Shown one piece after another: positions 1-8,964 of a stretch of 64,000 nt of DNA. The position numbers and the translations under genes were made by a program. Source of the DNA: an uncultured Candidatus Binatia bacterium. Its GTDB lineage: Bacteria > Desulfobacterota > Binatia > UBA9968 > JAJDTQ01. A model generated the notes under the pieces. It was not told where the DNA came from and did not search any database. It worked only from the letters and a program-made list of their open reading frames with translations. The stretch's first letter is position 1. Every line of letters begins with the position of its first letter. The stretch is taken from positions 608,001-672,000 of the forward strand of contig OZ243916.1 in the NCBI GenBank assembly GCA_965213675.1, read 5' to 3'.

Positions 1-106
1 GGCCTTGAGTCCAACCGTGGGTTTCCGTTCCTCGCGTGTCTGTGGCTGGCAGCGGCAACGGAGTCATGATCTTGGGCAGTTCCGGCCACACGCGAGGGGC
101 GGTCAC

Positions 107-2020
107 ATGATGGCGACAGGGGCGTTCCTGTTGGGCGCGCGGTGTGGCGGCATACGGCCGTGGACCGCGTGGGCGCTCGCGGGGCTGATCATCGCGGCCT
201 GCGGTTCCCATCCCCGGCTCGCCGCCGCCCTGCCGCTGCCCGCCAACGACAAGGGCGTCACCGGGCACTTTGACACCACCGTTTCCATGGGCGCGGCCAT
301 GCGCGTTTCCCAACGCGAGGATCTTCTGTTCAGCCGCGCGAGCGGCGGCAAGGCTTACACCTTCAACTCGGACGACGGCAACCTCAACTTCGACCGCGGC
401 GACCTCGTTTCCCTCAACGCCAAGATCAATCACGAGTTGCAGCTTCACCTGGAAAGACCGGGCGCGGAGTGGAGCCTGTTCGGGCGGGCGCTGTACTACT
501 ACGACCACGTGGCCGCGGACGGCGACACCGAGCGCACGGCCTTGTCCGCCGCCGCCAAGAGTCACGCCGGACGCGACTTCCAACTGCTGGACGCCTATGT
601 CGCGGGCGACTTCGACGCCGTCCCGCTCTCCATTCGATTGGGCAACCAGGTCCTGAACTGGGGCGAAAGCGTCTTTCTCCGCGGCGGCATCAACTCCATC
701 AACCCGGCCGACATCGCCAGGCTCCGGGTGGCCGGCTCGGAGTTGCGGGACGTGCTCGTTCCGGTGCCCGCGGCCAACGTCAAGCTGGGCATTGGCGACA
801 GCTTCTCCCTGGAAGGCTTCTATCAGCTCCGTTGGGACCACTCGGAGATCGAAGCCCAGGGCACGTTTTTCTCCACCACGGACGTCGCCGGTCCCGGAGC
901 GAATACCATTCACCTGGGACTCGGCCGTGCGGGAAGAGGGGACGATGTCGCCAACACGCCCGACCCCGCCTGCCCCAGCCGAACCAATCCGGCGGGACTG
1001 TGCTCCCGCGTGCCGCGCGCGGCCGACCGCGAGGCCGGCCATCAGGGACAGTTCGGCGTGGCCCTGCGCTACTTCGCGGAGGCGCTGAACGATACGGAGA
1101 TCGGACTCTACTACGCGCGCATCCACAGCCGCCTGCCGCTGGTGTCTCTTTATGCGGGCGATCCAACCATGCGGACGGCGCCGGGGGGCTTTGTCGGCTC
1201 CATACGCTATTTCGTGGAGTATCCGGAAGACATCGACCTCATGGGCGCGAGCTTCAACGGAGAAGTGGGCGCCAGCGGCTTCGCCATACAGGGCGAGGTG
1301 GCCTGGCGCCGGAACCAGCCGCTTCAGGTGGACAATGCGGAACTGATTTACTCCGCCATGAGCCCGTTGCGGCGCCTCGCCGCCCAGGCGGCCAGGGCGC
1401 AAGGCCCGGCGCGACAACTGCTGGCGGGTCTTGCGCGCGCCGGGCAGTTGTTCAGCGGTAGCCAGACCGGCGCCGCGGAATCGGGCCATGAGGTTTCGGG
1501 CTTCCGCCGCAAGGACGTGGTGCAGGGATCGCTTGCGGTGTCCAAGGTCTGGGGCTCCCTGTTGGGCGCGAGCGAGTGGAGGGCGCTGGCCGAGGCGGGC
1601 TTCACGCACATCCGGGACATGGAGGACCCATCGGAGCTCCGTTACGATGGGCCGGGCACGTGGACCAGCGGCAATCCGGTCTTCACCGCCGCCGGCGTGC
1701 AACCGCAGACCCAGGTGAAGGGCTTTGCCGACGCGTTTTCGTGGGGCTACCGGGCGGTGGTTCGGGGTCTTTACCACAACGCCATTGGACCCGTGAACCT
1801 GGCGCCGCAGGTGGCCGTGGCCCACGATGTCGACGGCACCACGCCAGCGCCCATTGGCAACTTCGTGGAAGGACGCAAGACCGTGACATTGTCGGCGGAG
1901 GCCAGCTATCTCTTGTCGTGGCGCGCGCAACTCGCGTACACGCATTTCTTCGGGGCCGGACAACACAATCTGCTGGCTGACCGCGACTTCGTGTCATTGA
2001 CGGTGAGCTACTCGTTTTGA
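107..2020 (+). CDS. DUF1302 family outer-membrane protein
   Basis: Signal peptide; motifs SDDGNLNF, LLDAYV, RLGNQVLNWGES; C-terminal DRDFVSLTVSYSF with terminal Phe; ATG at 107 preferred over track start 5. Confidence 0.85.
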   Translation: MMATGAFLLGARCGGIRPWTAWALAGLIIAACGSHPRLAAALPLPANDKGVTGHFDTTVSMGAAMRVSQREDLLFSRASGGKAYTFNSDDGNLNFDRGDLVSLNAKINHELQLHLERPGAEWSLFGRALYYYDHVAADGDTERTALSAAAKSHAGRDFQLLDAYVAGDFDAVPLSIRLGNQVLNWGESVFLRGGINSINPADIARLRVAGSELRDVLVPVPAANVKLGIGDSFSLEGFYQLRWDHSEIEAQGTFFSTTDVAGPGANTIHLGLGRAGRGDDVANTPDPACPSRTNPAGLCSRVPRAADREAGHQGQFGVALRYFAEALNDTEIGLYYARIHSRLPLVSLYAGDPTMRTAPGGFVGSIRYFVEYPEDIDLMGASFNGEVGASGFAIQGEVAWRRNQPLQVDNAELIYSAMSPLRRLAAQAARAQGPARQLLAGLARAGQLFSGSQTGAAESGHEVSGFRRKDVVQGSLAVSKVWGSLLGASEWRALAEAGFTHIRDMEDPSELRYDGPGTWTSGNPVFTAAGVQPQTQVKGFADAFSWGYRAVVRGLYHNAIGPVNLAPQVAVAHDVDGTTPAPIGNFVEGRKTVTLSAEASYLLSWRAQLAYTHFFGAGQHNLLADRDFVSLTVSYSF

Positions 2021-2045
2021 CCGGCCTGGACGCGGAAGACTTGAC

Positions 2046-3407
2046 ATGAACGCGCAACGGATCATGGCAGCGGCAGTGTGCGTATGGGGCCTCTCGGCGG
2101 CGCCGTTGGAGGCGAAGGTCACGGGCGAGGAAGCCGCCCGGCTGGGAGCGGCGCTCACGCCCTTGGGGGCCGAAAAGGCGGGCAACGACACCGGCGCCAT
2201 TCCCGCATGGGAGGGCGGCATCACCGAACCGCCGCCCGGCTACCAGCCGGGAATGCGTCTCGTCGATCCCTTCCCCGATGACAAGCCGCTTTTCACCATC
2301 ACCGCGGACAATTTCAAAGAGTACGAGGCGAATCTCACGCCCGGTCAGATCGCGGTGATACAACGTTATCCCGACACCTACCGGATGCCGGTGTACCAGA
2401 CGCGGCGAACCGCGTCGCTCCCGCCGCGCATCTACGAGCGGACCATCGCCAACGCCATGACGGCCACGCTCACCGCCGGCGGCAACGGCGTGACGAACGC
2501 CGCCGAGGGGATCCCGTTTCCGATTCCACGGAACGGGCTCGAGGCCATCTGGAACCACATGCTGCGTTACCGCGGCAAGTCCGTGCGCTTCACCAGAGGG
2601 CAGGCCGCGCCCACGGCCGACGGCGCCTACGTGATGGTGCAGATGCGCGAGCAGGTTTTGTGGGGTTATCAGCAGCCTGGGGCGACCACGGAGAACATCG
2701 ACAACAAGCTCGCCTACTTCCTGCAGGAGGTGCTGTCCCCGGCGCGGTTGGCGGGCGCACTGATTCTGGTCCACGAGACCCTGAATCAGGCGGCGGAGCC
2801 GCGCAAGGCATGGGTCTACAATCCCGGCCAGCGGCGTGTGCGGCGCGCGGCCAACATCGGCTATGACAATCCCGGAACCGGCTCCGACGGCCAGCGCACC
2901 AACGATCAGGCCGACATGTACAACGGCGCGCCGGACCGCTACGACTGGACTCTGGTGGGCAAACGGGAGATCTACATTCCGTACAACAGCTACAGGCTCG
3001 CCAGCGACCGTCACGGCTTCGACGAGATCCTCAAGCCGGGCCACATGAACCCGGACCTGACCCGATACGAACTCCACCGGGTTTGGGTCGTGGAGGCGCG
3101 GTTGAAGCCGGGCGCCCGGCACATTTTCCCCCGGCGCACGTTCTATCTCGACGAGGACAGTTGGCAAGCGGCGGTGGTGGATCAGTACGATGACCGCGGT
3201 CAAATGTGGCGGGTGAGCCAAGCCTACATCGTCAACCACTACCAGGTGCCTCTGGTGTGGAGCACCGGCATGTCGATTTACGACCTCCAGAACGGGCGCT
3301 ATCTCGTTCGGGGACTGACCAACGAGTTCGAACCGGCGGAGTTCGACGTGGAGATGAGCCCAAGCCAGTTCACCCCCCGGGCATTGCGGCGCCGCGGCCG
3401 GCGTTGA
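2046..3407 (+). CDS. DUF1329 family periplasmic protein (LolA-like fold)
   Basis: LTPLGAEKAGN..IPAW, WVYNPGQRRVRRA, RYELHRVWVVEA, FYLDEDSW; usual partner of DUF1302. Confidence 0.9.
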   Translation: MNAQRIMAAAVCVWGLSAAPLEAKVTGEEAARLGAALTPLGAEKAGNDTGAIPAWEGGITEPPPGYQPGMRLVDPFPDDKPLFTITADNFKEYEANLTPGQIAVIQRYPDTYRMPVYQTRRTASLPPRIYERTIANAMTATLTAGGNGVTNAAEGIPFPIPRNGLEAIWNHMLRYRGKSVRFTRGQAAPTADGAYVMVQMREQVLWGYQQPGATTENIDNKLAYFLQEVLSPARLAGALILVHETLNQAAEPRKAWVYNPGQRRVRRAANIGYDNPGTGSDGQRTNDQADMYNGAPDRYDWTLVGKREIYIPYNSYRLASDRHGFDEILKPGHMNPDLTRYELHRVWVVEARLKPGARHIFPRRTFYLDEDSWQAAVVDQYDDRGQMWRVSQAYIVNHYQVPLVWSTGMSIYDLQNGRYLVRGLTNEFEPAEFDVEMSPSQFTPRALRRRGRR

Positions 3408-3626
3408 CGAAACCGCGGGTTTCGCGCACCCATTCAACGGCAACCCGGGATTCTGTGCGGTGGATCGAATCGTGGCGAGAGGCGGAGAAGGGTCGGTTTC
3501 GGGCGGCTTCAGGAAGAAACCGGGTCGTCTTGGAATTATTTGAGGGAAATCCAGCGGGAAGCCGATTTCCCTGCCTCGCGGTAGATTCTGGATGAACCCG
3601 ACAGGCTCCTGGGCAGGAGGTTCACG

Positions 3627-4706
3627 ATGGCGGACGACGACGTACGGGTCCTGACCAACGACGACATGGAGGGTCTCCTCGACATGGAGGAGATCGTGGA
3701 CGCGGTGGAAACGGCTTACGTGGAACTGGGCCGGAAGATCGCGGAAGGGATGCCCCGGCGCCGGCTGCACATGCCGCTGGAGGGGCAGGAGCGCACCTGG
3801 TACTGGCTGAACGTGATTCCCGGCGCGGTGCCGGCGTTCGATACCGCCGCGGTGCGGCTGGATTCCTCGCAGATCCGCTTCCGCAACGTCGGCGGCGGCA
3901 GCCGCATGGAGTTCCCGGGCGACTTCTCGGGCTTCGTGCTGCTCTTCAGCATCAAGGAACGCGCCCTCAAGGGGATTGTCCACGACCACTATCTGTCGGC
4001 GCTGCGCGTGGGCGCCACCAGCGGGGTGGCGGCAAAGTACCTGGCGCGGCCCGACGCGTCCGTCCTGGGCATTTTCGGCAGCGGCACCCAGGCCCACGGC
4101 CAGGTGGACGCCCTGTGCGCGGTGCGGGACATCCGCGAGGTCAAGGTGTTCTCGCTGCGGGAGGAAAACCGCAAGCGCTTCGCCCGGGAAGTGTCCGAGC
4201 GCTATGGCGTGAAGGCGCGGGCGGTGCGGCATCCGGAGGATGTGGTGCACGACTCGGACATTGTCGTCACCGCCACCAACTCCGGCGATCCCGTGTTCGA
4301 GGGCGACCTGCTGGAGCCGGGCACCCATCTCGTGTCCATGATCGGCCCGGACTGGTTCGACAAGCGGCGGGAACTGGACGACGCCGCCATCGAGAACTGC
4401 GATCTCATCGTGGTGAACTCCAAGGAACAGGTGGAGATCGACGAACAGCCGGAGTTGATGTCGCCGATACGCAAGGGCATCATCGGCTGGGAGCAGATCC
4501 ACGAGTTGGGGGACTTGGTCATCGGAAGCATCGCCGGCCGCACCACCGCCTCGGAGATCACGCATCACAACAACAACTGCGGCATGGGCGTCCAGTTCGC
4601 CGCCATTGGCCACTTGGTGCTGGAGCAAGCCAGGAAGCGCGACCTCGGCACCCGGCTGCCGGCGGATTTGTTCATGACCCGGCGCAGTGACGTGTCCTCT
4701 CCCTGA
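3627..4706 (+). CDS. Ornithine cyclodeaminase/mu-crystallin family protein
   Basis: LRVGATSGVAAKYLAR, GIFGSGTQA Rossmann motif, DIVVTATNS; RBS aggagg. Confidence 0.85.
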   Translation: MADDDVRVLTNDDMEGLLDMEEIVDAVETAYVELGRKIAEGMPRRRLHMPLEGQERTWYWLNVIPGAVPAFDTAAVRLDSSQIRFRNVGGGSRMEFPGDFSGFVLLFSIKERALKGIVHDHYLSALRVGATSGVAAKYLARPDASVLGIFGSGTQAHGQVDALCAVRDIREVKVFSLREENRKRFAREVSERYGVKARAVRHPEDVVHDSDIVVTATNSGDPVFEGDLLEPGTHLVSMIGPDWFDKRRELDDAAIENCDLIVVNSKEQVEIDEQPELMSPIRKGIIGWEQIHELGDLVIGSIAGRTTASEITHHNNNCGMGVQFAAIGHLVLEQARKRDLGTRLPADLFMTRRSDVSSP

Positions 4707-4798
4707 ACGCGGCGGTGATTCGACCGGCTCGAAATAGGATCCGACGCCAGGTCCGTTCGGGACGGCGCTGGCAACGAAACCTTCCCGGAGAACTTCCC

Positions 4799-5431
4799 AT
4801 GGCAACAACTCTCAGCATCGACCCGCAACACCTCAAGGGACGGCATGTCGACCGCGCCGTGGAGGCGCTCAAGCGCGACGGCGTGATCGTGTATCCGACG
4901 GACACCATTTATGGTCTGGGCTGTGACGTCACCAGCAAGGCCGCGGTGGAGCGCATCCGCCGCATCAAGGGCCGCGACGCCGACAAGCCCATGTCTTTCG
5001 TGTGCTCCGACCTCATGCAGGTGAGCCGCTACGGCCACGTGTCCAACTTCGTCCATCGCATCCTGAAGCGCTTTCTCCCCGGGCCGTACACCTTCGTGCT
5101 GACCGCCACCAAGGAAACGCCCAGGGTGCTCCAGTCCAAGCAGAAGACCGTGGGCATCCGCATTCCCGACCACCCCGTGCCGCTGGCGCTGGTGGAGCGG
5201 CTGGGCAACCCCGTGGTCAGCACCAGCGCCAACGAGAGCAACGAGGAGGTGGTGACCAACCCCGCCGACCTCGAGAACATCTTCGGGCGCCGCGTGGATC
5301 TCATCATGGAGTGCGGCACGCTTCCGGTGCTGGCCTCCAGCGTCATCTCGCTGGTGGATGACCGCATCGCCATCCTGCGCGAAGGGCAAGGGGATCTCAC
5401 ATACTTCAAGAGCGAGATGGCCGCCGGGTGA
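4799..5431 (+). CDS. Sua5/YrdC/YciO family L-threonylcarbamoyladenylate synthase-like protein
   Basis: VYPTDTIYGLGCD, PGPYTFVL, VGIRIPD, STSAN motifs; ATG at 4799. Confidence 0.9.
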   Translation: MATTLSIDPQHLKGRHVDRAVEALKRDGVIVYPTDTIYGLGCDVTSKAAVERIRRIKGRDADKPMSFVCSDLMQVSRYGHVSNFVHRILKRFLPGPYTFVLTATKETPRVLQSKQKTVGIRIPDHPVPLALVERLGNPVVSTSANESNEEVVTNPADLENIFGRRVDLIMECGTLPVLASSVISLVDDRIAILREGQGDLTYFKSEMAAG

Positions 5432-5523
5432 AGCCTGCGTGTGGGCCCGGGCGCGTCATGCCGGGCCAGGGACTTCGCGGCCCGGCGGAGTTGGCCGTCG
5501 GGGCGTGGCCCGTTGTCGCGCAG

Positions 5524-5548
5524 GCAATCCGCGAAAGCGGAAATCCAG
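5524..5548. repeat. Degenerate copy of the ATTCCCGCGAAAGCGGGAATCCA palindrome (REP-like family 2)
   Basis: gcaatccgcgaaagcggaaatccag resembles 60530-60555. Confidence 0.5.
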
Positions 5549-5743
5549 CGGGGCGGGGCGGCTAGTGAGGACGGGGAATCGGATTCTTCACCGGACCTGA
5601 CACGTTCTTCCGTTTCATTGACACGCAAAAGGGGCCTGTGATAGGCATGCGCCCCTGTATCCCGCGCTTCCGGCGCCAGCTTGGAACAGGCCAGCGGGCG
5701 GCGGCAGCAGACTGAGGCAATGCAATCGCCAAGGAGGTTTCTC

Positions 5744-6730
5744 ATGTTGCGTAGACTCGTCGGATGGGTCCTGCTGTGCGCGGTCTTGTGGCTGGCCGCA
5801 CCCGCAGGTGTGGCGTTGGCCGCGGACAAGTACCCGAGCAGGACCATTACCTGGCTGATCCCCTACGGTCCCGCCGGAGGATTCGATCTTCACAGCCGAG
5901 CCATGATCATCGGCATGAAGAAGTCCCTCGGGGTCAACGTCATCATCCGCAACCGGCCGGGGGCGGGCGGCACCATCGCGTGGAACCTCACCTGGGCGGC
6001 CAAGCCCGACGGTTACACCATCTCCACCGTGAACATCCCGGGAGCCATCGTGGCCGAGTTGTTCAACGATCCGAAGCCCAAGTACCGGCTGAAGGATTTC
6101 TCCTGGATCGGACAGATCTCCTCGGGTCCGTATGTGTGGGCGGTGGGCGCCGACACTCCGTTCAAGACGCTGCAGGACATGCAGAATGCCGACAAGGTTC
6201 TGCTCACGGGTACGGGGGTAGGCGGCACGGCTTGGGTCACGGCGGCCCTGACGGCGTCGGTCTTGAAGTTCAAGCATCAGTTCATCCTGGGTTATCCCAG
6301 TGCGCCGGCCGCCAACATGGGCATCGTGCGCGGCGAGGGGCATGCGCGGGGCGTGGGCCTGGATTCACCGGGACAGATGCAGTTCGTTCGCGACGGCCAC
6401 CTGCGGCCCATGTGGGTCTATCTGGATGAGCGTTCTCCGGAGTTCCCCGACGTTCCCACCATCGGAGAGTTGGGCCATCCGGAGTTGACGGTGCTGGCTT
6501 CCCACCGGGTGGTGACGGCTCCGCCGGGCGTGCCCAAGGAGCGGATGGCCATCCTTCAGAAGGCGTTCGACGCGGCGGCCAAGGACCCCGACGTGCTGGA
6601 GCGGTTTGCCAAGATGAAGGCCAAAATCGAGCCCGTGGTGGGTCAGGAGTGGACGGACATGCTCAATGGCTTCTACGGTCTCATCGAGGACAACGGCGAG
6701 GTCTTCAAGAAGTCGCTGTCCGGGAAATAG
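5744..6730 (+). CDS. Tripartite tricarboxylate transporter substrate-binding protein (Bug/TctC), orphan
   Basis: YPSRTITWLIPYGPAGGFD, NRPGAGG, AKPDGYTI, PDVPTIGELG; RBS aaggagg before ATG 5744. Confidence 0.9.
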   Translation: MLRRLVGWVLLCAVLWLAAPAGVALAADKYPSRTITWLIPYGPAGGFDLHSRAMIIGMKKSLGVNVIIRNRPGAGGTIAWNLTWAAKPDGYTISTVNIPGAIVAELFNDPKPKYRLKDFSWIGQISSGPYVWAVGADTPFKTLQDMQNADKVLLTGTGVGGTAWVTAALTASVLKFKHQFILGYPSAPAANMGIVRGEGHARGVGLDSPGQMQFVRDGHLRPMWVYLDERSPEFPDVPTIGELGHPELTVLASHRVVTAPPGVPKERMAILQKAFDAAAKDPDVLERFAKMKAKIEPVVGQEWTDMLNGFYGLIEDNGEVFKKSLSGK

Positions 6731-6761
6731 TGGCGGTGCAAGATCGGAAAGGGGAGCCTGT

Positions 6762-7112
6762 ATGCAGGCAGTGAGACTGTACACCGGGGACGACGGCGAA
6801 TCCCATTTCGAGGATATCGATCTCAAGTTCGAGCCGGATCGCAATATGGAGAGCGTTTCGTTGGGGTCCGCCAAAAGCGTCAACGTGCGCCGCGTACCGC
6901 CCGGCGTGCTGCTCGACTGGCATCCGGCGCCCCGGCGGCAGTACCTGTTCACGCTCTCGGGAGCGTGGGACATCGAGTGCGGCGGGGGTGAGGCGCGGCG
7001 TTTCCAGGCCGGGGACATCATGCTGGCGGACGACTTAACCGGCCGCGGGCATCGTAGCCGTGTCATTGGCGACGCGCCCCATGTGTTCGCAGTGGTGCCG
7101 CTGGCGGATTGA
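6762..7112 (+). CDS. Small cupin-fold protein
   Basis: RLYTGDDGESHFED, WHPAPRRQY, DDLTGRGH. Confidence 0.8.
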   Translation: MQAVRLYTGDDGESHFEDIDLKFEPDRNMESVSLGSAKSVNVRRVPPGVLLDWHPAPRRQYLFTLSGAWDIECGGGEARRFQAGDIMLADDLTGRGHRSRVIGDAPHVFAVVPLAD

Positions 7113-7115
7113 GCC

Positions 7116-7895
7116 TCACGCGCTGGCGGCGGACGCGCCGCCATCCACTACCAGGGTGGTGCCGGTGACGAATGACGATTCGTCCGAGGCCAGGAACAGG
7201 ATGGTGCTGGCCACCTCCCGCGGCTCGGCCCACCGCTTCATCAACGTGTGCCGGGCGCCGGTGCGGCGCAATTCCTCCTCGCTCACCCCACGCGCTTGGG
7301 CGCGCGCGATGTGGAAGGGCGTGATGGTGGGGCCGGGACACACGGTGTTCACGCGAGTGCCGTGCTCCACCTCCTCGATGGCCAAGGTCCGGCTCAGGCT
7401 CACCACTGCGGCCTTGGTCACATCGTATTGCCCCATTCCCGCCCGTCCGGTCACTCCGAAGACCGAGGAAACGTTGACGATGCTGCCGCCGCCCCGGCGG
7501 CGCAGCAGGGGCACGGCGGCCTTGCAGCAATGAACCGTGGCCATTAGATTGACGGCCAGGATCGACTCCCAACTATCGCGCCCGGCGTCGGCCAGGGCGC
7601 CGAATACGCGGATGCCGGCGACGTTGACCAGAATGTCGAGTCCACCGAAACGCGCGTCCGCGGCCGCCAGGGTCCGGCGCGCCTCGTCCTCGTCACTCAA
7701 GTCCGCCGCCAGGGGTAGCACGTCCGCTTCAGGGACCCGCTGGCGGACGGCCGCGGCCGCGCTTCCGGCGGCGTCGCCGTCGCGGTCGACGATGGCCAGC
7801 CGGCCGCCTTCCTCGGCGAACAGCATGGCGGTAGCGGCGCCGATGCCGCCCCCGCCGCCGGTGATGAACGCGACCTTGTCCTGAATGCGGCCCAT
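7116..7895 (-). CDS. SDR family oxidoreductase
   Basis: ITGGGGGIG, LVNVAGI, YDVTK catalytic motif; start MGRIQDK at 7895. Confidence 0.9.
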   Translation of the reverse strand: MGRIQDKVAFITGGGGGIGAATAMLFAEEGGRLAIVDRDGDAAGSAAAAVRQRVPEADVLPLAADLSDEDEARRTLAAADARFGGLDILVNVAGIRVFGALADAGRDSWESILAVNLMATVHCCKAAVPLLRRRGGGSIVNVSSVFGVTGRAGMGQYDVTKAAVVSLSRTLAIEEVEHGTRVNTVCPGPTITPFHIARAQARGVSEEELRRTGARHTLMKRWAEPREVASTILFLASDESSFVTGTTLVVDGGASAASA

Positions 7896-7902
7896 GGGCT
7901 GC

Positions 7903-8361
7903 CTACCGTGAATGGCCGAGGGCCGAGCGCATGGCCACGTCGGCGGCCGGGACCGAGAAGCCTTCCGCCTCCAGCGCCGCCGCGGCCACTTCCTCGTCTT
8001 CGTGCGGCGCGGCGCCGCTGACGCCGATGCCGCCCACCACCGCGTCGCCCAGCCAGATGGGCAAGCCCCCTTGACCGATGGCCATGCGCCCGTCGTGGAC
8101 GATCTGGACGCCGGCATAGAACACCGGCTTGGGGTTGGCTTTCTCCTCCAGACCTCCGGTGCTCTGCCGGAAGGCCGCGGCCGCGAAGGCCTTGCCCCGG
8201 GCAATGTCCGGCGCCACGAACTTGGTCCCGTCCATGCGCCCGGCCCACATGAAGTTGCCGCTGGCATCCACCACCGTTACGGTGACCAGATAACCCTTGT
8301 CCTCCGCCGCGCGGATGCCCGCATCCACCAGGGCACGCGCCTGTTTCATTCCGAAGCTCAA
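7903..8361 (-). CDS. GlcG/HbpS family heme-binding protein
   Basis: VTVVDASG..RMDG, ARGKAFAA, GGLPI..VGGIGVSG..DEEVA; TTG start after gaggag. Confidence 0.85.
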   Translation of the reverse strand: MSFGMKQARALVDAGIRAAEDKGYLVTVTVVDASGNFMWAGRMDGTKFVAPDIARGKAFAAAAFRQSTGGLEEKANPKPVFYAGVQIVHDGRMAIGQGGLPIWLGDAVVGGIGVSGAAPHEDEEVAAAALEAEGFSVPAADVAMRSALGHSR

Positions 8362-8421
8362 GGCCAGACTCCTCTCTGCCGGCTTTCCGCCGGTTCCTGT
8401 TCCGTCACTTTTACCAAACTT

Positions 8422-8772
8422 TCATCCCTTCGCGTGCCGGCCCCACGCCGGCATGGACGGCTCTCGCGAAAGTTTGTCCTGGACCTCCATCGGGGTCGTG
8501 GAGCCGGAAAGAGCCGCCCGCCTTCCGGCGCTCTTGAGCCGCTCCAGCGGACGGCGCGGCACCGGGATGTCCCCGCCCGCGGCCAAGCGCTCCCGCACCA
8601 TGCGTTGGCGGTTGCGGTCGAGGTCGTCCAACGCCTCCTCGGGTGACAGGCCTTCGCCGAAACAACCCGGAAATTCGGGGTACTCGGCCCGGCGCCGCCA
8701 GCGGCCGTCGGCTCCCCGAACCGCGGCCACGCGCAGGACGTAGGGCACGGCCATGTACTCCTCAAACGTCAT
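8422..8772 (-). CDS. HicB-like antitoxin-fold protein with no adjacent HicA
   Basis: AEYPEFPGCFGEGLSPEEALDDL...DIPVP matches the HicB N-terminal pattern. Confidence 0.7.
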   Translation of the reverse strand: MTFEEYMAVPYVLRVAAVRGADGRWRRRAEYPEFPGCFGEGLSPEEALDDLDRNRQRMVRERLAAGGDIPVPRRPLERLKSAGRRAALSGSTTPMEVQDKLSREPSMPAWGRHAKG

Positions 8773-8964
8773 GATTCCGGGTGGTTCGTGGCGATCGGCT
8801 GGTCCCGCCGCCGTGAAAGGTTGTGGGTCCCACTCCTGTCACACGTTGCGCAGTGACTGCTGTTCTCGTCAAGGCGCTGTCAGCGCGCAGCCTTGCGGGG
8901 GCACCCGCCCGTCGCGCCTGCGGGAACGGCTTCCATGCGCTGGACCGGCGGCGCGCGCATCGCT

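Noticed and set aside
1683-4808. 1041-aa minus-strand ORF
   Set aside because: Antisense shadow of the DUF1329 and cyclodeaminase genes; no recognisable motifs; expected in high-GC DNA
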